A stretch of DNA of 64,000 nt, taken from Gnetum montanum. Its lineage: Eukaryota > Plantae > Gnetophyta. The number at the start of each line of letters is the position of its first letter. Within the stretch, counting starts at the first letter, position 1. A program made the translations under genes and the position numbers. The DNA is taken from positions 534,521 to 598,520 of the forward strand of contig MNCI01000967.1 of assembly GCA_015680685.1 (NCBI GenBank). Direction: 5' to 3'. Below, piece after piece: positions 37,801-52,800 of the stretch. The notes under the pieces were generated by a model, which was not told the origin of the DNA, made no database searches, and saw nothing but the letters and a program-made list of their open reading frames with translations.

Positions 37801-40800
37801 TGGAAAATCTAGTCTCTCATCAAGTGCATCTAGTGCTTGGGTAAAACCTTTATATTGATCATGCAATGTTTTCAGTAAATTACTTACTCTTTCCTCATCA
37901 TCTACACTTTCACCTCCACATTCTAGTTCAAGTATAATTGACTTCATATCTTTGATGATGTCTATTAATTTTTGTTTTGTTCCCATTTTCATTGTATGTA
38001 ACTTAAGATGATCCTTTGTAGCCCTATCCAAGCTTCCCAGCATTTGGTACAAATACTCATAAATTCTTGCAATTGTCTCAATTACATAAACCAAGTGAGA
38101 TACTTCTTCAGATATACTTGTAAATAGAATACTTAAAGTTATATCATTCTATTCTCTTTTCCAATCATCATCCAATCTAAAATTTGGATTGGACACTACA
38201 TGTCATAGCCTACTTGCTCATAGGATTATCCTCATTCTCTATGCCGATGAATTATAGTTCTTCATTGTCAATTTGTGTATCAGTCACAACAATCTTATTC
38301 AGCATAGTTCTCAAAAAATTCTTGTTATCCTCTTTTAATGACATTCTATACATGGAATCTGTTAAACTATCTATATTCTCATCTTTCATTTTCTTCGTGG
38401 AATCCTTATATTGAACTTGCCTTTTACCTTCTCCTGGCTCCAATACCATGTTAAATTTCACTATTCTTAAGAAGGTAAAAACAATGAATGTTCTATGATA
38501 TTTGATAATTCAAAATACTTGATTTATTGTAACTGCAAATGTCATCTTGCAGTTCTTTAAATAATGTATATGGACATAATTCTTCGAACCTTTTGGTCAT
38601 AACAGGTTGCTCCTTTACCTATTGCATTGCTTCTCTTTCTTCTACACAAACTTAACTTGACATTGACTAGACTTTTTAACTTGACAAAAAGTCACGACTC
38701 AGACAAAATGACACGATTTAACAGTTTCCTGTTTTACAAATTCGTAAAATAAACCAATACTATTTACAAAACAGTTTCTCATTCACGAGATGACTTAAAT
38801 GACTTACAAATTCACTCACGCTTGTCACAGAGTAAAACTTAACTTAATGTGACTAAAACTAACTTAATTTGGACAATGTATGAATTACATTTCAACAAAC
38901 TTGCATTGAAATACATTTGTCACTCTACAGATTTTATTTGTTTTTGTGCTTAAATGATTACATGAAAATTATCAACTTTGTTTGCTCATAAATCAGATTT
39001 TAGTTCTATTTGCTCATAAATCAGATTTTAATTCTTAAATTATGATGATTTATAGCTTAAGGCATTGCTATTTTCAAGGCTGCTTTCCTATTTTCTCTTT
39101 TTGCTAAGAAATCATATTTTAATACCTTGATGATAATAATGTATACACTAGACTGTGTCTTTATTTTCATGGTTGCTATCTGGTTGCTGCGTTCCATTTC
39201 ATCACTAGCAATAGCTTTAATTCTGTACTTTGTTCAATATAGATATACGTAGGCATATAAGAATTTAATAAACTGTTAATATTATCAAGTTTTCTGCACC
39301 TATAGGGTCTGTGGTAGGGTCTGTATACAGCCAAGAAAGAGCCATGAAAGTAAAGTTTGTTTTAGAAAGAATAGCTGGTATTTAATTCCCTATGTTTTTG
39401 CCTTCACATTTACAGAAATTTCGGAGGTTGGAACTGCTTTAGGATAGAAGAAAACATTGTTCAATCCCCACTACTTATTATGAACTGTGTTGATATTCAT
39501 AATTTCAGATCTACTTTAAGTCCTCCTTTTCCTTAAACTCAGATGTTGCTTGCCCAAAACAAACAAACAAAAAAAAACCCCTTAAAATGAAGGAAACATT
39601 AGTTAATTTTCATCTCTCCATGAGCTTATGCTAACATTCAGCTATGATCAAGCGTGTGAGACAGTAACAACCCCTTTCTTTGACACAAATGAAAAACAAA
39701 TCCATGTGTTGCAACTCTCCTACATGTAGACTCTACTCACAAGCTATAGCAATCATCCACTTCCCTTTCCTTTTAGCTTCGGACTCCCAATAATTACTCA
39801 GATACATAGTAAGAGTTGATGGCCAGGATGACTCTCCATTGCTTAATGTGTTTGTTAATTTTAATCGCATTAAAAAACAAACTTGGACATGAACAGTTAA
39901 TTTGTGTCTACTGTAAGTTGTGGATAGCTGCTTTTGGATGTTTGGAAATCTCTTTGGAGTAAATTTTTTAATGCTTAATAAATGATTTGTAAACTTTGTT
40001 ATAGTTAAAGTGTACTTTTATGCAAAGAATTTACTATTCATTTATTCTTGTTTTAATATGCTAACCCTATTTATTTATCACCAATTATATCCCTTTATTT
40101 GGGCAAAGAAAATAAAATGTGTATGATCATATATGTTTATTTGCTTGCTATAAAATAAACCCACATGAATTATGATTAGAAATCATTTGGGGCTAGAATA
40201 AGCCTTATGTAAAGCATGTAGGATCAAAGGATCATCACTCGGAGCCACAATGCTCATCCCACCAAGCACGGTTCCTGGAGGGTCCATAGATAAGCAAAAG
40301 CCTAACCTCTTTGAGTGGCTGCACCTAGGCTCAAACCTAGTTCTTTACTTGAGAAACAAGCAACTTGCCATCCCTCTGAATGATGGTCCCCTTATGTAAA
40401 GCATGTAGCATTTTTAGAAAACACTTGATATTTTTCCCTAATAATATATTTATCCCCATACCTTAAATGGATAGGTTGCATTGTTTATTTTGTATACCCC
40501 CTACCCTAGAAATAGATATAAGCAATAATATCCAACCCTGTCTGTACACATGCCTATGTAGGCTTAACATCTTGAGCCATTGGATCAAGGGGTTGAGTTG
40601 CACAATACCTAAAGATTTTCAATGATGAAAACATCACTTAGATATATTGACCTCACATACCATCCCCAATCAGCTATCTTGAGGGTATACCAAGGTGTAG
40701 TCCAAAAATGATGGTTGAGTTAAGCCTTGTTTTTGTAGTATAAAACCTAAAAATAATCTACTCACATGATAATTACATTCTTTGAATTGGATAGCCCTTA

Positions 40801-43800
40801 ATGTAGGCATGCAACCCCACATTACATAGGCAAAGTTGTTAAAGCCTATGTATTTTGATCCCTAGCCATTGTTTGAAGCCTCTATAATTAAACAATCTTG
40901 TTTGATAAAAACATAGTGTAAGATTAAGTTAACATCCAACCACATCCATGAGTGTTGCTTGTAAAATAAAACTTGAAAAAGTGAGTCACACAACTCTTTA
41001 TTATCTTTGAGCTTATGAAGTGATTGGAGATTATAGTCATCATCTTTAACTATACATCTCCTTGAGATATCATTGTACTAAAGAAGACAGGCAATAATTA
41101 TGAAAAGGTCTCATCTCATCAGCTACCTGTTAAGGTCAATAAAGATAGGAGGTAACATAGGCCCTGTAATCAACACACCATTATGTTAAGTCATATTATT
41201 ATCCATTGTTGGTGCGAGTCTAGCCCCATGTTCTGAGAAGTTGGAGAAAAAAATTTGTAGTGAAATTTTAGAGGTTAGTTATCAAGGATCGTACAACCTT
41301 CAACTCCAGTCACTCAAAGAATAGACCATGTTATGAATGTGAAGCTAAATCTTGTAACTTTATTGTTTAATTGCCAAATATGACCCTTTTGTAAGGGATA
41401 ATATATTTTTAGTTAATAGGTTCTTTCTAGATGGTTGTGTGGTCCATTTTTAATCTAGAAGTAATTCTCTGAAATGCTGTGTTGTTGAGATCCTTGTAGA
41501 AGGATAACTTCCAAATGTTTCTAGATTAGAGTCTATAATATGGCTTTGCCTATTTAAGAGTTGGATCCCTAGTCATTGTGTAAACACCTCATTTGGATCA
41601 ATCAAGCAATAAAACTTGGGCTACTCCTATGAAGGTTTCCATCTATTCTTTTGAGGGCTTTACCTCATAAAGCTTGTGTTTCTTATTTGCCCTTGTGTAT
41701 CAACTATCGTTATGGTTCCAGTTCCAATTTTGTATTTCTTTCATTATATTCAATATCTAATTGTGATGTTATCTGTGTGGTTTCTCTCACATGTTGTCAA
41801 TTTTGTCCATGTGCTCTATTGTATCATTTTCCACCAATACAATGATATCAAAGTAAGGTTAAGGGCTTACTAGTTTTCTCTGTGACAGGTTCTTTTGTGC
41901 AAGTTGGAGAAAGATTCAATAGCGTATAAGTGCAATTTGTAAAGAATAAAATTTCTAAAAGTTCTGATATGAGAGCTTTCATAATTTTAGGTTGTGACAA
42001 TGTTGGCCACGATAAAAAAACAAGCAATGAAGTAAATTTTGAAGTGTTCCTTTGAATTTGCCTAGATTTTTTGGTTTTTTCTTTTGGAGTTTGTTGCTTG
42101 AGTGGGAGTCATAGATCCAAACATGGTTCCTCCTTCAAAACTTGATGGAAGTTTCCATAGCCTTTAGAAGATGAAAGTTATAGATTTGTTGTACAAAAAG
42201 AAATGAGATATTCTTTTGACTAAAAAACCTTCTCTTGTGATTGATGTAGATTTTCTAAAAATGGACTGAAAGGCACTAGGCTTAATTTATCTACGCATTA
42301 CAAATTCAATTTTGGTAGAATCACAGGAGGAAAAATCATCATCAAATTTGCTTAAAAAATTGAATTCAAGGTTTAAACTTACTACATCCTATATTTGCAG
42401 TTTTCTGCATAGGAAACTACATCAGCTTGAAATACAAGAAGATAAAAATGCCCTCTGAATTTCTGGAAAAATTTAGTGTTGTAGTAATAGATCTAAATGC
42501 CATGGGTCACAAGGTTTCAAGTGATGAACACTTGTTGATCTTGTTGGGAGCATTGCCACAAAGCCAGGGTCATGAGGTGATAGCAATCAATATCAATACC
42601 TTCATAACAATGGACTATGAAAAAGTCATCAATATTCTTAGAATGGAGGAAGTACATCATTCTGAGAGTGAAGAAACTTTATCAAGAAGTCAAGTGCTAG
42701 TTATAGAGAGCAATTAGCAAAAGAACATAACAACTTGTTGGAAATGTGATAAACCTTGACATGTAAAGCAAGATTACCAGTTTGCTTTTATAGAAGTTGT
42801 ACCTAAAGCAAAAGAAGGAATATTATGTTCTTTACACATATAAATATGGATGTTGTATAGTTTGCAATCTCTTTTTGTGTGTATTTAGGTTTATGTTTAC
42901 TACATGAAGTTAGGCAAATCAGTTAGTGGTACAAAGGGACTCATTAAAACCGACTGTTTTGGGTCTCCCTTATACTAGCATAAGATTGTATGTTGGTTGT
43001 TTATTCCCACAAGTTGACACAAGATCTTAGTTTTGTAGGGTCTCTAGGAAGCCCTAGTGTTATGGTGGAGAGCTTTCAGGTTTTGTAATAACTACAGTTG
43101 TGTTCTCTGTATCATATTCCTACCTTTGGTCAATCAAAGCATGAAAGTTGTCTTGTTGATGACAATTTTCATGGCAGGTATGTCATTTAGACAAGATGTC
43201 ATGTGAATGGAGGTAGTAACATCTTCATAGAGCAAATTAGTTGCTCAATAAAGAAGAAACATTTATCTTCAAGTAGGAAAATGTTATGAATGCAAGGCTA
43301 AATCTTGTAGCTTTATTGTTTAATTAACAAATATGGCCTTTTGTAACAAATGAGCTATTGTTAGTTAATGGCTTCTTTCTAGATAATTTTGGGGAAGGGA
43401 GGCTCTGAAATATTCTACATTGTTGAAATCCTTCTATAAGGATAACTTCCAAATGTTTCAAGATTAAAGTTTGTAACATTGCTTTGCCTATTTACAAGTT
43501 GGATCTGAATTGTTCTATGCTGTTGAGGTCCTTCTATAAGGATAACTTCTAAATGTTTCTACATTAGAGTCTGCAACATGGCTTGGCCTATTTACAGGCT
43601 GAATCCTGGTCATTGTGTGAACACCTCATCTGGATCAATTGAGCAATAAGAGTTGGGCTTCTCCTGTCAAAGATTCCATCTATTCTTAAGGGTTTTACCT
43701 TGTGAATCTTGTGTTTCTTATTCGCCATTTATATCAACTGCTATTCTGGTTCCAGTTTCAATTTTCTATTTTGTTTATTATCTTCAAGATTTGTCTGTGG

Positions 43801-46800
43801 TAGTATTTCTGTATTTTCTTTTGTAGGCTGCCAGTTTTGTCCATGTACTTACTGTCCTGTTTTGGCTAACAGACCAATCCCCCAGAGGTTTTCCAAGGAC
43901 TCTGACATCTTGAGCAAATTTCACTTAGAAATACCACCATAATACCACTAAAATCAACATATGTTATTACTTAAAAGGATGAAAAAAAGCTGTATTTGCC
44001 TTGTTTAAAATTCAAAGTAACATGTCTAACTGCTAAACAATCATAAATGAGAAATAAAACAAACACTTGGCTAAATGTTTCACTGGAACTATGGCATACA
44101 TCAATGAATGCATATTTCCATTTTTGAAAATGTTGAATATAAATAGCCACTTTGGATTATGTTTAGTAAACAACATACCTGGCCATATTCGCAAACAGTA
44201 TCATAGCCAACAATCCCTAGATCCAGATCCCCTGTCAAAAGTTTCCGAACAACATCCTTTGGTCGCTGAAACCAAACCTCTACATTGGGAAGCTGCAGCA
44301 ACATGTATAGAATAATTGAATTTTAGTACATCAATAACAGTGGGTTTTTTCTCTTACTAATTGATGCCCTCCCTATATCTTTTTTTATTTTTTTGAATTT
44401 TACAAATAAAATTTAAATCACCAAAATCAAGTATTCTAGTACAAAACAATAGAACAAATTAAGAGCATAATTTCCAACTCACCTTTAAAAATACAAGGAA
44501 CTAACTCAAATGAAGAGAAATTTAGATCTACTTACTGTAGGAATGTCAGCAACATACTGTCTGGGATTCACCTGGTGCACATTAAGTTGACAATCCTGCA
44601 AATGCAAAGCATATGAAAATACTCGCTTACAATATCATTCAAGTTCATTCAAAACTGTGTGCAACAACTATATTTAGCCATTATAATATGGCAAAATTGC
44701 TAATATCAAACATGGATATAGTTATCAAACTTATAATTCCCTTGCTTTGAAAATGAAAAACCAAAATTTACATTCTAAAACATAGTTATTAAGTTGCTAT
44801 GGTACTCATATTAACATTTCAACTGCTCATTAATGCATGTGTCATTATTAAAATTATAGCCAACTATAACCCGTGTCAAATTGAAACTTTAAACATAGTT
44901 TATCTAGTTGATTCTATACTCATACAACCAGGTTGTTACCTCAAGAGTTTACTTTCTCTATCACTTGAATACTATGAATCACTAAAGGAGCCCAAAGTGG
45001 CCCAACTCACATAAGACTAAGGATACATGAAGATCCCTATAAGCATTGTAATTGTGTCTGAAAGCCCACAATGCTAGAAGGTACTACAACAATATAGAAG
45101 TAGTAGTATTGCCAAAGGAAGGAGCAACACCACCAAAACACAAAAAAGTCTTACAAACTCAGTCTAGAACAATAACAAACCCAAAAATGATGTTAGATAT
45201 TACAATCTACCATAAACAGAACCAGTACTAGTTATACTCTATCTGAGATAGTTTATGATTAGTAATGATTTGAGAATTAGATCAACGTGACTTTGTTCAT
45301 CTACAGAGAATTTGTAAACAATTGTAAGACTTACAATATTCGTAATAACAGAAACTATTACACACTATGCTTACTCTTTTAGCAAAGTTTACAATAACTC
45401 CTTATGCACTTTAATTTAGATCCTGGTATATTAGAGTTGCCCAGAGAAGGTGTAAAATAAAACTCTAATATGGTATCAGAGGTATAAAGACTAGTAAAGG
45501 AGTTAAAAGCCCATAAGATCCTAACTTTGGGCAGAATTTAATACCCAGACCAGAAGAAAAGGCTCAAAGAACATAAGGCTTACAAATCACATGAGAGAAA
45601 GAAAAGGAGAAGTTGAATGAAGATAAGAAAGAGGATGATCAGTGAGCCGGTGGAACCTGCCAAGGTTCGAAGAAACTAACGAAGTCCTGTGTAAAAGCCT
45701 GTCGTCATCAGAAGTTCCCTTTTCAGAAATTCATTAGGCCACACAAGTTGGCAATATTTCATAAAGGACGTAATGACCATTGGTATCAATGAGCATGGTT
45801 TGATAAAAGAAAGAAGAAAATTATTAAAGTTAACAAAAGAAGACACTAGTTGATGAATCAAGAGGAAACAAATTATCAGCAAATATTAAGCAAGAAAATT
45901 AGAAGAAGATAGGCAATCAAAATAAAATTCCAAGCTTATGATTTGCAGCAGAGGATACAATTCTGCATCATTTTCCTACTTGATGAGGTGCACATCAAGA
46001 AAGGAGTCACAATTGTCTAAAGCCACAAAGAAAAAGTACCAATTTAAGAACTAAATAAAGAAACCCTCGGAAGAATCTACCTGGAAAAATACAATACATA
46101 CTAAAGAGAGAAAGTTTGTGCCACATGATTGAAAAAATGAACAAGTAGAGAGGAATAAAAGGGGTGATGCAATAATGAAGTGTCAAAATGAGAACGAATT
46201 TTGACCAAGAATCTTTCCTAAAATTTGGAACCAGGTTTCAAGTTAGTCTTGTCATGAAGGCCTAGAGATGTGTGTCAATCACAGTCCCATTTCTTGCTCA
46301 CACTTTGCACAAATCCCAAAAAAATTATATATTTTAAGCAATTAGTCATACCATAAGAATAAAACCGGGCAATATCAGAAGGTCAAATGTATGTTCTCGC
46401 TGGCTACCATTAGAAAAGAAGCGTCTCAGTGACAATCAATAAACATGTTTGAAAGCCAAGATGAAAGAAGGACAAAATTATCCCACGTGATGCAGGGAAA
46501 GGAACACTATTCATCATTAAAGAAATATATTGAAATTTCAAAATTGAAATATGATATGAGATCATCACTCAAAATTTCTCATAAAAATTGGATGTTGGAA
46601 CTTAAATGCCCATCCCTAGAGTATCCAATGGCAGCATCCCTGTGCCACCAATATCCCATTTCACACATCTTGGTGGCACAAATTTCAAAGCATTCCTGAA
46701 GAGTGAGGAATTCAATACAAAATAGTCCATTCTCAATATTTTTTAAAATCTTCATGCTACTACTACAAGCAAAAAGGACATAACTTGTAACCAATCAAAC

Positions 46801-49800
46801 ATCTTGAAATAAGATTGAAACTAATTATGTTCCAAATTCACAAGTGAAGGGAAGAAAAGAATGAATTAAGATGAAGTTGTCAAATTAAATTAAGGAACAT
46901 AACCACTGATAAATTTCTAAACATAAAGGAACAAGAAAGTTTAAGAAACTAATACTTGAACAGAAGAGTTAGAATATATCTTCTAATCAAGATACAATCA
47001 TTAGTTTTTTAACATAAGAAATAAGAAGTTAATAAAGGTTATGATGATCCATGAAGAGATGCGATGATCCATGAGGTATAAGAAGCCTTGAACATGCCTT
47101 GTAATATCATATAATATCATTGGAACAACATGGAAGACAATCATCAGCCAAGATAATTGTAAGAAGATGACACATACACCAAGAAAGTGATGAAAGTTCC
47201 AAGTCATAAGTCCAAACTAAAGAAGAAGAAGATGACACTTATAATATGTATTCCATAAGAAAGACTCACACCTCTTCCAAATGGTACCTACGGAGAAGAA
47301 GCGATCAGCCCTACTTTGCAAGGGTTGATAAAGCCAAGTCAGTCACAAATATGCCCAATACCAAAAGAAAGATTGGAGAATTAAGGACTAATAACCAATG
47401 ATTGAAAAAAGTAGGCACAATGAGTCCATACGTGAGTAAAGGATTCACAAAGCAAGTACATACAAAAGAGACATCTAAAGATAGTTGTCATAACTTAGCT
47501 AGGGATGGTTGAAGTAGCCCGCAATGGCCCAAACCACATAAAACTAAGGATAAATGAAGATCCCTATGAGCATCGTAACTATGTCTAAGAACTCACAATG
47601 CCAGAAGGTACTACAACAATATAAAAGTTGTAGCATTGCTAAAGGAGGGAGCAATACCACTGAAACACAAGAAGTTCTTACAAAATCTATCTAAAACAAT
47701 AACAAACCCAAAGTTAATGTTGCTAGATATTATGATCTACCAAACCTAGAACCAATACTAGTTATATTCTAAGATAGTTTATGATTACAATTGACTTGAG
47801 AATTAGATCAACACAACTTCGTTTAGCTACACAAAATTCGTCAGCAATCGTAAGACTTACAATATTCATAATCATTGAAACTATTACAAACTATGGTTAC
47901 TCATTTAGTAAAGTTTACAATAACTCCTTATGCACTTTAATTTAGATCCTGGTATATTAGAGTTGCTCAAAGAAGCTGTAAAACGAAACTCTAAAAAGCC
48001 TACAAGTGATGATCCTTTTTAGGAAGACGAAGTTGATATCAAGATAACTTTCTTGATGTGCATGCAACCACATTTATTTATTGTGATGTGAGTTAATGGA
48101 ATTGCATTGCTAGAAGACTTTCTAAAAGACTAGAAGCTACTTGCTGGTTTGCCCTACTTTGTATGCCTGTATGAATAACTTCCTTTCCTGTTAGTATTTT
48201 CTCATAATGGCTTTTGATGTGTGATTGTATTTGCCACAAATGTTAACTTCCATATGCACTAGGTTATTTTATTTTTATAAGAAATACAAACCTTCACAAA
48301 ATCATGACAATGAATAGTTACAGTAGGATCTTTCTGCTCTTTGCCAGCAACAAGAAAATCTTAAAAGAATGACAAAGCATAGTGAAATATTATTCAGCAA
48401 AGGTTCTTTTGGCTCAACAAAGGAGTCCATGCCTTACAAAAATTCTTTAAACTTTTACAAAATCCTAAAGAAAGCTCATGGGTAAATAAAATCAGTTTTG
48501 AAAGAAAATTGCTTGGTAACCTTACTAATGTTTTAAATTAAATAAATTTCATAAACATTATTATTATTTTTTCTTCTCTACAAGGATTGATAGCAGTGAA
48601 TTGGGAGTTGGCTTCTCTGTTAACATTATGAAATCAGAAACAATTTCATAACTATGAAATACAATTATCTGAAACATGTTTGTTATCCCTTAAGAAAAAT
48701 TATGGCAAAGAACAAAAGAACGATTCACAACAAAGGAAAGACCCCATTGAATAACTTCAGAAGATCTACAAGGACTCAAGCAAAAGTCAAAGTTACAAAC
48801 ATTGAAGAGATTCCTTCACCACCTGTGGAAGGCACTAGTCTTCAAAAGCCCATTGCTACAGAGATCCAAATTCCTTCCATCTCCAACCCTTCTCCTAAAT
48901 CACCCCTTGTAATTCATACCACTAATGATGATGATAAGCCTTCGGCCACAAATTTGATAGCCAAATTTTACGAAGTGCTGTAATACTCCATTGTGTAATA
49001 AAGCTTGAGTTTCTTTTTTATTGTTATTTCTACTTGATGTATTGTAAAAAGACAGGGAGAAGAACATGTGATTGAACGATGTAATCCAAAGTCATAAATC
49101 TCAAAATTGACCACTACAACAGTTTATGTTGGTAAACTCATTGTTATCGACAAACAAATCACAAATACGTTTTATCAAGTGAAGGGAACTGTTAACATTA
49201 CAAACCCAGAAAAAGGTTAGTAACTATAGAATACAATCAATTAAAACATGTTTGTTATTAGTTAATGAAAGGCCATGACCCAAGGACAAAACAACATTCC
49301 ACAGCAAACTAAAAGACCCATCTGAGGAGCTTTTGAAGATCTGAAAGAAGTCAAGCATAAGTCATGTTACAGACATTGAAGAGACTCCTCCATCACCTGC
49401 AGAAGGCACCGGTCTTCAAAAGCCCGTTGCTATGGAGATCCACTACTTCCTCCTCTAACCCTTCCCTAAATCGACCCTTGTAATTTGTAACAATGATGAT
49501 GATAAAGAACCTTTAGCCACAAATTTTATTGCCAAATTTTACTAAATATTGTAATACTCCATTGTGCAATACAGTCTAAATTCCTTTTAAAAAAAAACGC
49601 AAAAGGCATCAATAATTCTGGGATGAAAGGATTCGAACCTTATTTCTGCTTGGTGTATTGCAAAGTGAAAGGGAACAGAACATATTGATTGAACGATATC
49701 TAAAGTGATAAATCTCGTAACTGGCCACTATGAGGGTTTGTCTTCGTAAAATCATTGTGATCAATAAACATTTCACAAACACAATTTATCAATGAAAGGG

Positions 49801-52800
49801 GGAGTGTTAACATTATGAACTCAGAAACAATTTCACAACTATGGAATACAACTGATTAAAACATACTGGTTATCCGTTAACAAAAGGTCATGACCCAAGG
49901 ACAAATGAACAATTACAGCCTTTTGTTATCCGTTAACAAAATGAACCCATACATGTGCCTTTTAAGTTCATAGCAACAGCCTTTGTGATAATTACATTGT
50001 GAATGTGGGGTGGAAAATAATCACAAAGGCTGTTGCTATGAACTTAAAAGGCACAATTAGCTGTTCAATCAGCTTTAAGCAAATAAGCTTTATTTTCAAA
50101 TAAGTACATTTTTAAATAACTGCATTATCTTTACCATCCTGATGGTGCTTTTATCCCATCAACATCTTGATGGTGCCTTTATCCCATCAACATGGACAAA
50201 CGCATTAATGTAAGCAAATGATTTGCCAATATTTCCAAAAGCTATAGCTTGAACAATGGATACTGATACAAACATCATGCATTTCAAGTTGCATTATGCT
50301 CAAGCTTATGATAGAATGGAAACAGTAATTTATTATAGCTGTTCTATAAAATTATGTTTAGGATGTTATTTTTCAGTCTATGTAGAGGTGTCATTTACGG
50401 AAGCGACTGCTAATGTCTTTACTTGCAAGAGATTTTCACTAGTCATTCATTGTCAACATAAATAATGTTACCTTCTTACTCCTTATCTTTTTATTATGGA
50501 CTATGAAGCTTTTGGCCATGTTCTTAAGTTTTTCTTCAACCACAATAAAATCAAAGAAATATCTTTAATTTTTTTTCTCCACACACTAGGTTAGTAACAT
50601 TTACTTTGCATATAATAACTTTTCTTTATTAAAAAAATAGAAGCAGTTGATCGACTCAGCTCTTCAATGCAATCAGAACTATTACAAAGCTTATGCTATT
50701 GTGATGACCCAGAATAAAACTCAACTCATTAGAACTTAAGTTGACTAGCCTCAAACTCTCAGCTTCAGGATTCATCATATAGAACTTTTAAAACATAGTA
50801 TTATTAAAATTTTGGCAATAAGAAAAAGGCTTGAGAAAGTGCTTGTTTAGATGACAAATCATTATATGAAATCTCAGAATGGTTAAACCTAAAGGATCAT
50901 CACCCAAAGGCTCAATGCTCATCTCGCCAATGCAACATCCTAGAAGGGCAGTGGATGAGCAAAAGCCTAGCCTCTTTTAAGTGGCTCCACCCAAGCTCAA
51001 ACCAAGGTCTTATGCCTTGAGAAACAAGCACCTTACCATCACCTTACCATCACTCCAAGTGGTGGTCCCTAATGGTTAGACCTGGTTATTGAAAAATAAG
51101 CACTCAAGCCAATTTGCAAGAGGCTTATGATACTTTATGCACATGTTAAGTACACAAAGAAGCTATTCATTGGAAGATAACAAATATCATTCCAAAAGTT
51201 TATGCATTTTTTTTAAATAGCACCAAAAGAAAGATTTAATGATAGGTAACTTGATGAAATATGATTAGATAATGGTTAATGAATGTTGTTTCAGTACCAA
51301 TGCTTATGAAAATGACAATCATATGTATATGCACAGCCAGCAATTGATCAAATCTGGAATAAAGTTTGGTTAATTATATATTAACATTTTATAATGCCAG
51401 AATCTTTACAAGAACTAGTAGCAACATGGACTTTGATGGGTGAACCATGGCATATTAATAAAATCTGAAATGATTTGCTAACACATTTGATCTTTAAACT
51501 TTGAAAGAAAAGAAATTGCCATGCTCTTGAAGGGATGGAAGGCAATCTGGATAGAGTATAGTTGTAAGTAGCAAAAACTTGGAAAGAGAAGATAATATAA
51601 GATGGGGCTTGACTGCCTACAAAATTGCTTATAAATTTGAGATAGCTTAAAAAATTCTGCACCCTATGGCTCCGTTGAAAATTTATTTCTCTTCTTTTAA
51701 GGCTCCTTTGAAAGTTTCTTATTTTTACAATTTTCTAAGTAAATTGTAAGATCAATAGACGTTGAAGAAATCTAGAAAATAACAGTTAAATATAGGAAAG
51801 TTAGGGAGATAAAAAAATATCTAGCAATTTTGGAAAATGCAAGACAGGATAATTAGATTATTACTTTTGCATCTTTTAAAACAAAACTATTAGTTCTCAA
51901 ACAAATTTGGGTTGCTTGGAAAGAAGTGAACACTTGTTTTCCATTGAAACCAATACAGACTTGCTAGGACTATTAAATGGATTTTTCTTTGGTGACCTAC
52001 TAGTGGTAACAGTGATAATAGATTGGCAGCTAATGATCCAAGCAATTTTTTTAGAAAAAGTTATATTTAACCATAAAGGCATTTTACATGAATCACTTGG
52101 TTGACAAATTTATTTAACAATATCTGCAAGGAGGGGAAAATCCCAGATGATTGGACGAGAAACACTATAGTACCTATCTACAAGAACAAGGGAGACATCC
52201 AATACTATAGGAACTCTAGAGGCATCAAGCTTATGAGCTACATCATGAAGTTATAGGAAAGGGTTATAGAGCAATGCTTAAGGAAAGAATCAACTGTTTT
52301 TGATAATCAGTATAATTTTGCAGCTATTTCTGTAAATATACAAAGAAGATTTTTTAAAAAAAACCTGAACAGCAGAATGAGAAGAAAAGGGAACCATAGT
52401 TCAGGATTGTATGTATAATTTAGAAGTTTATGCAAATTCAAAGCTACATGTGAGCTGGTTAGAATGCAAATGAAGTTACAGAAAAGGGTTATAGAATAAT
52501 GCTGAAGGCAGGAATCAATTGTTTTTGAGAATCAATATAATGTTATGGCTATTTATGTAAATATACGAATAAAATTTTTAAAAGAATAGCTGAACAAGCT
52601 GGTGTTTGCAATAGCAAAATGGTAAGAAAAGGAAACCATGGTTCAGGATCGTATATAAAATTTAGAAGTTCATGTAAATTCAAAGCTGTTTGTGAACTGT
52701 TTAGAATGCAAATGAAGTTAACTCCCTTGAAATCCACTGTAGCAACTATACGTGAAGTGTCTTACTAAAGTCTGAAAGAACCTTTTCATCATGACAAGGG

